A DNA stretch of 64,000 nt from Trichoplax adhaerens. Lineage: Eukaryota; Animalia; Placozoa. Positions 54,060-64,000 of the stretch are shown here, one piece after another. The stretch's first letter is position 1, and each line of letters starts with the position of its first letter. The DNA is taken from the NCBI RefSeq assembly GCF_000150275.1, contig NW_002060944.1:6051102-6115101 (forward strand). The letters are read 5' to 3'. The notes under the pieces were generated by a model. The model had not been told where the DNA came from. It saw nothing but the letters and a program-made list of their open reading frames with translations, and ran no database searches. Position numbers and translations under genes: made by a program.

Positions 54060-56586
54060 GATGTCAATACTTTCTGCTATGAATTACAAAATGAACGCTA
54101 ACTTAGAGGAGAGAGTCTTCGCGATATAGAACGGACAATTTCTATCACTTGAAGGAGATAACTGTTTTTCTTTCTTCTAGAGTTATGCTACTAATGATTA
54201 GTCTTTAGGAAAGATTAGCTTCCGTTGGAATTTAAGGCTGGATTACTTAAAACTTTCGAACTTTGTATAGACTTATAAATAGTTAATCATCCTATTATAT
54301 TTTACGACAGGTGCTTAGATTACTAAATTATTAAATATTGACCAACATGGGATTTAATAAAAGCAGAAAATTGCATGAATCCCGTTAGAGCTAAATAAAT
54401 TATTCGTTAAATGCATCACGAATCTTTTTCTCTATTTAGCATCTTACTATTCAATACCGATAAAAAATTTAACTATTCAGTCAAAGTATCACTAGAAATT
54501 GAAATTCAACGCTACAATATTACAGTCTCCGTAGGGAAATTTAACTGTTTTTTTGTGTTTGATTTCCTAGTTACAAAGTAGCACGTAGACAATTTCAATA
54601 AATAATAAAAGAATGATAGATTAATTAATAATTAGTTAATTAATAGAACCCTTAGCCGCAACTTATTTAGCATGATATAAAAGAGAGTTCCATTTGAATA
54701 TCTATTTATTCCAAGGATATATCATGAAGGGTACCCGTAAATTTTTTAGTTAGTTTACTAATTCTATTCTTTATTTTAATTAAATTGACGAATTTTAATA
54801 GCTATTACCAGGCTTTTAAATTAATCAACTAGCCGTAAAATATAGGATTGTATGATTGTAATTTTAGCTATAGATGCCTTGCTGCTTTAATCAACAATTT
54901 ATATTATAAATTCTAGTAGAGCTCATTTTTGTCTAGATATATCCCTAGTTATGATTAGTGTAATATTTTAATCAAGCAATCTACAGTATATTCTTATAAT
55001 ATGACATATTAATTTAGACTAAAATAATATTAATGATTAAATTTAATTATTTCCAATTTTTGACGTAGGCTATCACATAATCGGGTAGGCTCAATACGAT
55101 ATTATCTACCGCTAATACTTTTAATGGTAATGTGTTCGACTAGGATAGAGCCAGTTGAATTATATTACACCGGCATTTACGTATCTTCAGCGTCGTAGTA
55201 CCAATTTTTGAAGATTTTCCTGATTTAATTGCATTACTCGCAAATATTTTATAAATTATATTTACCCGGCTAGTACATATTAGTATATGATTGTTACGTA
55301 TTATTTTCAAGTTTTGAGGTAGAATATAACATATATCGATAGTACCATTCTCTCGCTAACATTTTGATATTAATTTGAACTGGATAGGCCACACAAATGT
55401 TATATCTTATAATTTGTACGTACCTATGTACAGGATTATCGCTATTTCTAGTCTTTTTTATATACGCTGGTAAAAATAGTAGTATGATATTTTGACTGCA
55501 TATGTTTTAATATCAATCAAATGAGATAGATTAGTGAAGATATATTACGTTAGCCTACTAGATATGCCCTTCTGGTATATTCTTGTGAATTCAATTAAGT
55601 TGATAGAATGAGTCTACTGCAGCTTGTTCAGTATCAACCACATAAATCATAAATATGAGTGTAGGTCGTACGGGATGAAGCTAGCTAAATCACCCTAAAC
55701 AGATCTATCTGTAAATTCGATAAATTTTAATATCTATTTTATTCCGGAGGATTTGATTAAAAATGTATCTGAAATAAGAATAAGTGGCTAATGGATATTT
55801 AACTGCTTACGATATAAATTTAATTTCAAAAGAACTAAAGAGCATATTGGTAAAATACCCGCTTATGTATGAGCTTGAAATTCTAAATAGCAGCTATATA
55901 CAAGTATATCAGCGCCATTTTTTTTACATTACGCAATATGTAATAACTCGAAGATAATATTTAATCAGCTCATTACGGATGAATGGGCAATTATATATTA
56001 CACTGCGACTAGATGTATCACAATTAAAAGGTATAATAGACCAACTCTTTCATTTCTTCGCTGTATCATTACTTAATGATGGTAATAGCTTCTCCATAAT
56101 TTGATAATAGTATAGAAAAAACAGATAAATCGCTAGTATGAGTACAATACTGTAATTAATCTAGTTAATGGATTACAGGTGATACTACAGTTTAACTTGC
56201 ATAAATCAATTCGAAATCATAGTAAAATGTTTATTTATTCAAGTCTCATGATCACATTCATCGTAATGATATACTGTTCAATCCTAATACTGTATAATAG
56301 TTGTTATTTTAGGGATATATAGAACTTCTTTATATTTAGTGCAATGATAAGTAGAACATTACTAATGACTTATACTCGTATGACTAGCGTCACATATAAT
56401 CCAATAGTTTACAGGTATCAAAGTATAAATTGTTATCATGATATCATTTCCAGCATCAATATTAGGAACTGTCTCAGTTACGAATTGTAAGTAAAGCCTT
56501 AAGCCACAATATCTAGGAGATCAAAATAGTGGATAGTATTACTACTCACGGTAATTGTATCACGTTATACTCCTTTATTGATCAAT

Positions 56587-57760
56587 ATGGCGGAAAAAGC
56601 TGCTATCTTATTCGTTAAACCTACAGAAGAAATCTTGTTTAAAGGTAGTATTACAAACATGATTATGTTATAAAATATTGCATCATTACTTTTTCTTGTT
56701 GCGTATGATCACTCCTTTAAAATTGATTTTCAAATCGATATACCATTTCGCCTATTTTACTAGGGAACTATAACACTACCCTAACCGCCTATATAATATT
56801 ACGAAATCAGGTTGATGAATCTGTCTGTTTTAAAATTAAAACGACAGCCTCTCCTTTTTACTGTGCTCAACCTAACCTTGGCATTGTTAAAGCCAGAAGC
56901 TATGTCGTTATTGAAGGTATGTTCTATTTTACTCAGCAGTAAATAATAATTCCTTCTGTAACACATCTTATAAGTGTTTTTGCGTTAATGTGCCTATTTT
57001 TGGATAATTTTATTAATGAAATTTACTATATATGATTGAAAGAACTGTCTCTATGTGTTAGTTTACCAATAAATATCAGAGTTTTATGATCTTTTTAGCT
57101 TAACTTCTATGACACGTTCGTACTCCTATGCAAATAATCTCGGTTAAATATCTAGCGTTAGAATGTAGTATATTATAAACTATCACAGAAATCCTCGATT
57201 AATAGTTACTAACGTTAGAGATATGAATAATGTGAAGTTTGATAGCGATCCAAATGATACCGTAATAAATGGATAGCAATTAATTTTAATAACTGACTGA
57301 AAGCAAATTTTAACAATTAAAGTAATGAATCTTTAGATTAATTTACTATTTGCGGTCTTTAAATGAAACGAGATTTTAATATTACTGTATAGTACAAGCA
57401 AGACCATTCAAATGTACTGCCATGAATTTTAAAGATCACCTATTTCTTGTTCAAGCGATCGTCATGAAAAAAGATGACGGAGATTTTATACAAGCGGTAA
57501 GATATTCATTTAAAGATAAATTTTAGAAAAGTAGATAGAATTTACTTCTAAGAATCACGATGGCAAATATAATGTGCATAGGAGTGAATTAGTGCTGAAA
57601 TTTGAACTATCAGAATAAGAAAATTGATCTTGTTTAAGGCAATAATTGAAATTAATCGATAACATTTATTTATTAGTGGCAAAGTATTGGAAATCCTGCC
57701 GAAATTATGAACCATAGATTAAGCTGTAGATTTGAATTTACGCCCATTGCTGAGAGTTAG
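56587..57760 (+). CDS. VAP-family MSP-domain protein, 4 exons, 132 aa, apparently lacking coiled coil and transmembrane anchor
   Basis: Exons 56587-56644, 56764-56916, 57393-57496 and 57677-57760 splice to MAEKAAILFVKPTEEILFKGNYNTTLTAYIILRNQVDESVCFKIKTTASPFYCAQPNLGIVKARSYVVIEVQARPFKCTAMNFKDHLFLVQAIVMKKDDGDFIQAWQSIGNPAEIMNHRLSCRFEFTPIAES*. VAP signature FK(I/V)KTT..YC..PN is present. Confidence 0.85.
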
Positions 57761-59339
57761 AGCAATGATTAAGGTATTAGAAACGTATCATGCATAACTC
57801 CCTATAATTTATGCCAAATACCACTTCATATTTTAATCCTCATTATTGGCATAGTTTTTGGTACTATGGAATTGCAAGTAGTTTTGTGTACTACAGCAAT
57901 GGAGACTTTTAATATTTGATATGGAACTTACCGTCTTCGTTATATTACCAGGATAATCCATCCACTTTTTCATATAATTATCCTATAGACTTTTGCCAAC
58001 TTATATGAGTAGTATTGCAGCTGACTTTATAGAACTTGGCTAAAAGTAACAGTTTTCTGTACTACTAAAGTAAAATACAGTAAATGATTTATCAATTCGT
58101 ACCTGTAGTAAACAGTAATATCATCGCTATTTGATCTATGTGTGCTATACTTTGATATCCTGTGTTACCTAAACTCTAAAGTTAGGACATTATATCAGTA
58201 ATTCAATTTAACAATGCAATCGTGCTGCGTGCTAAAAGAGAATATTTGCATCGATTTTTTTAAGTCTTAAAATAGGATCGCAACAAAGAGCATTCGACTT
58301 CATAATTTTTAATTGTAACGATCAAAAGCTTATACTATATAATTAAAACACCTACATATAAACGGATGAAAGTTATTTATTTATAGTTTAGCTATTAACT
58401 CTTTGTTGTTTAAGAGTTTTTGATACTGATAGCTTCTTTTAGTAGCTTACTAACATATTATATGCCTCTATACATTTGAACCAAGCTGGGCTATTAATAA
58501 ATTACAACTAAATGTGCGAGTATAAGAATTTATATTGTCATGCTATATACCATTGCCAAGATAAATGAAACCAAATTTCTCTTACCAGCGAATCAAAAAA
58601 TCAATTTGAACTTGTTTGTTATTATACCGGTATAGTTTTAAATATCAATACCTTAGTCATTGTGGGCAGATTGTTCTAAGTCAGTAATGTTGATGCATTT
58701 GAGGTGAAATATTAATCGTACATCTGTAATGGTAGCAAATGAAATCTGTAACACTTAGCTGCATGATATTTTATGCGCTACGATTTCACCAGTGAATAAT
58801 TGAATAACTAGTTTACATAAAATTTTGCCTACCTTGCTTTGTTCAATGGTTAATTTTGTATTGGTTATGAGTATATACCTTAAGTTATCGATATGGATAT
58901 TGTTTAATTCTTGACAGTTTTAATGTTCATATACAATATCATTCGAAAACATTAACATTTCAACAAACTGATTCTCTAATGATTACTAGCGTAATATGCG
59001 AAATATATTATTAGAGGAGACTTCAAATTGACATTACTGTAGCCAATAGAAATAGATTTATTAGTATTGAAATTATATGTTACAGTCTAACTCTCTGTCA
59101 CTACCACTAGATAAAATCATTACTGCTATTACCGTAGTAATATCTATATTTACACAATACAGTATACATATTTTATCAGTGTATGTATTCACTACAAGTA
59201 GATTGAGAAGCAACAGGTAAGGGATGAGATCAATTCTAAATCTATATTATTGTTACCAGTAAAATTCCTATTTGCAATATTTAATATACGGTATACGTGT
59301 TGAAATTTAACAGTCTAATACCGCCACTGTAACTAAGAT

Positions 59340-60180
59340 GATGTGTGACTACGCAATCCTCGTTTGCTCACTATCGCCAAAATATTACTGGCTATACCGT
59401 ATAGAAGATTAATTCCAATCCATAGTACGCATATAATAATAATCCATATTATCGCTACGAACGCCATAATTTATCATTTTTATTGAAAGCAATAGTAAAA
59501 TAACTATAGTAATGTGTAAGTTACGTATCTATAATTTGTTCTGCTGACTATCTCCAGAATAATGTACGCTATATCTTGTAGAAGATTAAATCCGAGTATA
59601 ATTCATAGTAACTATTATTATTATCACTACTAGCTATACAACTTGTTAGTTTATTGAGAAGGAACAGTATAAAAACTCTAGCGATATACTTTTCATGTGT
59701 CTACAACCCGTATTGCTGATCATCGCCTGAAAATATGCGCTATATCTTGTAGCAGATTAATTTGAGCGCAGTTCAGAGTATTATAACCCATATTGTCGTT
59801 GCTAACTGTGCAATTTATCATTTTATTGAAAGAAACAGTAATAAAAACTATTACAATATATGTGCTACGTTTCTATAATTCTCATTGCTCACCATTTCTA
59901 GAATAGTATAGGCTGTATCCTGTAAGAGATTAAATTCGAATATAATTTATAGTAACCTATTATTATCACTACTAGTTATATAACTTGCTAGTTTATTGGA
60001 AAGACTAGTACCGTATAACAACTCTAGTGATGTACAGTACATCTATATTATATATCTACGGTCTGTAGTGCTGATTATCGGTATGCGCTACTTCTTGTAG
60101 TAGATTAATTCGAATACAGTTCGTAGCATAATAACCAAATTATTATTACCAGCGGTACAACTTATTATTTATTAAAAATT
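59340..60180. repeat. Degenerate tandem array of about five 171-177-bp units with alternating A/B (~345-bp) higher-order structure
   Basis: A GCTATATCTTGTAGAAGATTAA-like anchor occurs at 59391, 59568, 59739, 59912 and 60087. Alternate units share longer matches, e.g. tattattatcactactag at ~59617 and ~59959. Confidence 0.8.
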
Positions 60181-60496
60181 GAATTCATTAGTTAGGTCAT
60201 GATAATTCTATCTGTTATAGAGTATAGTATTATTATGTCATGGTAACTGCGACTTTTTGTTAGCTTTATCAGAGTTGCTTGTTCTTATTGCTCATTACTA
60301 ATTGTTGTATTATATCTAGATAGCTGCAAGCTTGTAATACCTTATATACTGTACTCTTGTATAGACTAAATCGTCATGGATATAGAGACAATATTGTACC
60401 TAAATAGTTTGCTGTGTGTATTTTAATGATTGTTTTGGGCCGCAGTTCTCTGCCCTAATTGTCATCATAATGTATATAGAATTGAATAGCCTTCTA

Positions 60497-60510
60497 GTCG
60501 CTATAGCAAC
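60497..60510 (+). promoter_or_regulatory. RFX X-box upstream of the doublecortin-like kinase
   Basis: GTCGCTATAGCAAC fits GTHNYY-AT-RRNAAC exactly. It is about 1.2 kb upstream of ATG 61717, with a probable 5'UTR acceptor at 61625. Confidence 0.5.
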
Positions 60511-61716
60511 AGCCAACAGTAAACTCAAAGATACATTGACTAATAAGAATTACAAATTAGAATTGGCATAATACATGAAAAATGCTAATTCTATTCTAAC
60601 TATCATCGCCTTGTACTATCTATACACTACTTGCTAAATAGTAACCTAGTGAAAAGGCAATAGCTTGTGTATCTTTGTTGAATCTGCCTATCTAATTTAC
60701 ATTAGCTGAATACTACCCTAGAGATTATTACTGTAATACAATCGACCAGAGAAGATAAAATTTCCTCTAAGATTGTAGGAAGACTACCGGTTTATATGTT
60801 AATTTCCAGTTTAGATAGCTTTTTGGCCGACAGAGTAGTCTTGTAGGAAATATTAATCATACATTAATATTTACTTACCGTTCTTGTAGTTCCCTAAAGC
60901 CCAATGAATTGCTGTTAAAATTTTATGCACACAAAGCAAAATCCATTGGCTTGATAACCAATTTATTAGAGGCAAAGCAGTGGAACCAGGAGCTAAACGA
61001 TTATACTTGGATACTTTTGATAACTGACTTATTTTTGAATCGCTCTTGGACTCTGTTGCTTACGATTAGCTCAAGGTTGCTTTCTAAGTAAAGTTGCGCT
61101 GTGGTTGGTCGTCATTTTGCTTGGAGACTTCTCAACACTGCTTGTATTAGATACTATCTAAACATCTGCAAGAATTGATCTAACTAAATTGATGCTTTCC
61201 TATTACCAACTGCTACTGTGGTAAAAAACTTTAATAAGGTGGTATATCATTCTAATCCTTTTTGAGGCTAGCAATTCGACACATTACTTGCCCGTGATAA
61301 AATTTTCTTTGCGCTCGATTAGGACTTTGGCTACGGCTTTCTTGTTAGCCTTCGCATTTTTATATTGATTATCTAGTATTTTTGCAAGAATTGTTCAAGA
61401 TCAATTGATACTTGATCGAATTTTCTAGTAAAGTAACGCGATTGCCTTCTAATCCAGCTGGTTAAATTTATTTTTTCCATCTAAAAGTAATCAACTTGTA
61501 ATACCGTTACTGGCGCCGGATAATTCCGTTATCCTATTTCTTAAGAGGCTTTCAGAGTAGGATCAGTATCAAACTCCAGTATAGTTCAAAAGGTGTTATT
61601 ATTATCAATCTGTAATTTATTACAGGTTTAAAACGACCCAGACTTGACATTTATTCTGCCATATATCAATCTAAAAACCATCAATCGGTCATTGCTATTG
61701 AATTGTTTAATTAATT

Positions 61717-63797
61717 ATGGAGTTTCAACAACGAACTGTTATGCCTTATAGAGATAATGAAAGGCGCACTGTTAAAGTTAAATTTTATAAAAATGGGGAT
61801 CAATACTTTCAAGGACTACCAATGAATATTTCAATCAATCGATATCGTAGTATGGAGGCATTACTCAATGAATTAACACGCTCTATTTCCTTACCTCGCG
61901 GTGTTCGCTATGTGATGACGCCCGATAATGGCAAGAAAATACAAAGCGTCCATGAATTACAAGACGGCAAAGCTTACATCTGTTCCAGTTTCAATTCGTT
62001 AAGTAAAATAGAATATGGTAAAGCTGCTCGACCTGCCTGGCGTCCAAATACTAAACTAGCACCATTAGGTGCAAAACCAGTTGNNNNNNNNNNNNNNNNN
62101 NNNNNNNNNNNNNNNNNNNNNNNNNNNNNNNNNNNNNNNNNNNNNNNNNNNNNNNNNNNNNNNNNNNNNNNNNNNNNNNNNNNNNNNNNNNNNNNNNNNN
62201 NNNNNNNNNNNNNNNNNNNNNNNNNNNNNNNNNNNNNNNNNNNNNNNNNNNNNNNNNNNNNNNNNNNNNNNNNNNNNNNNNNNNNNNNNNNNNNNNNNNN
62301 NNNNNNNNNNNNNNNNNNNNNNNNNNNNNNNTATATACAACAAATGGCAAGGCGCTACGCGAGTTGTCGGAAATGTTGGGATCAGATAAGATTTTCATTG
62401 CTGTTGGATCAGAAGGTTTAAAAATGTCTGATCTTGAAGAAATTATGGAAGAAGTTCGTAATTTGCCTGGAAATAATGGCTCTATTTCTCATGGTGCATC
62501 TAGTTTTGGTAATAAAAAACCAATTTTAAAACCAATAGGCCAGGAAAAAAACAATCCTCAATCTCATCAACCTGTAAAAACCGATGATTCAACTAAAAGA
62601 GCCTCAAGAAATCGAGTAGCAGATACCGCTGACATATCAAGAGTTTCCAATGCCAACGATTTAACTAAATCCTCAAATAACAAATTAGCTGATACTACAC
62701 AGAAATCAAGAGCTTCAAGTGATACACTTTCTGAAAAAATGCCATTAACAAATCAAAATATTGAGAAGGATACTTATGAAAACGAAAAGGATATTGATGA
62801 AAGTGAGAAGAATGAAGATCAAGTTGACAAACAAGCATCAAACGACGATATCTTTAGTCCCGTCAAGGATACGGTTACAGATGGCGATGTTGATACACAC
62901 TCTGAAAAAATGCCATTAACAAATCAAAATATTGAGAAGGATATTGATGAAAACGAAAAGGATTTTAACGAAAGCGAAAAGGATATTGATGAAAGTGAGA
63001 AGAATGAAGATAGAGTTGACAAGCAAGCATCAAACGACGATATCTTTAGTCATGTCAAGGATACGGTTACAGATGGTGATGTTTTCGATGCTACTGCAGA
63101 TATAGAAAAGGAGGAAGAAAGCAAATCGAACAAAGATAATCTAGATCGATCTTCTATCCATGGCGAAGATAATCACGAGCGATCCTCTGTCCACAACGAA
63201 GATAATGGAATAAATTTAAATCAAGAAAAAGCGGGCGATAACGAGGAAAAGGAAGACACAAACAACGTTAAAGATCCTGCTACGCCTGTAAAACTGGGGG
63301 ATACGTTTATAAATAAAGTCAATAATGAAAATATTAATAAATCTGCTGGTAGAAATACCCCTGAAAATAATGAACCTTTACCTAATCGAGAGGGAACTTA
63401 TGAAGATTATTATGTCAAAGGGAATATAATTGGGGATGGTAATTTTGCTGAAGTGTTTCACTGCGTTGAGCAAGATACATTGGTAGAATATGCCTTGAAA
63501 TTAGTCCATAAAAGCAAAATCAAAGGCAAGGAAAGCATGATCCAAGATGAGATTAACATCATGAAAAAATGTCGTCATAAAAATATTATACGATTGATTG
63601 AAGTATTCGACACTCAGATAGAGATCCAATTAGTTATGGAACTAGTAAAAGGTGGTGATTTATTCGATCTTATCTCCGATGTTTCAAAATTTACCGAATT
63701 TGAAGCTAGTGGATTAATTGGAGATTTGGCGGCTGCTCTGCAGTACCTCCATAAACGAAGCATTATTCATCGCGATCTAAAACCAGAAAATTTATTA
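61717..63797 (+). CDS. DCLK3: Doublecortin-like Ser/Thr kinase (two DCX domains, acidic linker, CaMK-type kinase), DCLK3-like. Interrupted by an assembly gap and 3'-incomplete.
   Basis: DCX1: VKFYKNGDQYFQG...RYRSMEALLNELTRSISLPRGVRYVMTPDNG. After the gap, the DCX2 tail YTTNGKALRELSEMLGSDKIFIAVGSE. Kinase: IIGDGNFAEV...YALKLVHKSKIKGKE...GGDLFD...IHRDLKPENLL, then donor GTAAG at 63798. Family is secure; paralogue is less so. Confidence 0.85.
62084..62331. other. Assembly gap (run of N) within the DCLK gene
   Basis: Run of n characters in the sequence. Confidence 0.99.
62721..63083 (+). repeat. In-frame coding tandem duplication (171 bp + 192 bp) in the DCLK linker, with 21-bp EKDxxE(N/S) sub-repeats
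   Basis: DT(L/H)SEKMPLTNQNIEKD...VDKQASNDDIFS(P/H)VKDTVTDGDV occurs twice, near-identical at DNA level. Confidence 0.92.
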
Positions 63798-64000
63798 GTA
63801 AGTTGTGGTAATTCAACTGATTCTACTTGGATATGATAATTTGTGACAATCTGTTTGGCTGCTTAATTATTCGATAAGTTTATCCTCATCAATGCATGCT
63901 ACTCAATAAAATTCTGTTCGTTAGTATTTGATAGACTTGTAGGATATAGGATGTTGCTCTATTCGATTTATTGCGAAAATTATTGTTAGTTACATCTATT

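Noticed and set aside
62084-62364. Apparent frameshift in DCLK
   Set aside because: The frame change spans an N gap of estimated length, so it is uninformative.

Overview
AT-rich, intron-dense animal genomic DNA. Short GT-AG introns, compact gene spacing and abundant TACAGTA/TACTGTA motifs suggest a placozoan such as Trichoplax; this is inference, not a database result. Splicing by hand supports 11 protein-coding genes: PDK (+), METAP1D (-), V-ATPase V0 subunit a (+), an intronless TAX1BP1/CALCOCO2-like autophagy receptor (-), WDSUB1 (+), RPE (-), a TK2-like deoxynucleoside kinase (-), an annexin (+), a polycystin-1-like gene (-), a VAP-derived MSP-domain-only gene absent from the ORF track (+), and a doublecortin-like kinase (+) that runs out of the window. 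The most interesting signal is non-coding. A 123-bp TA-flanked Tc1/mariner-type MITE sits inside a dense TACAGTA/TACTGTA cluster, and three duplicated sites differ by TA versus TA-CNG-TA. This suggests the ACAGT 'microsatellite' is accumulated transposon excision footprints. Also notable: a MiT/TFE M-box cluster upstream of the V-ATPase gene, E2F/CHR sites plus a D-box for the nucleoside kinase, RFX X-boxes, and many genes whose human homologues flank Hox clusters.
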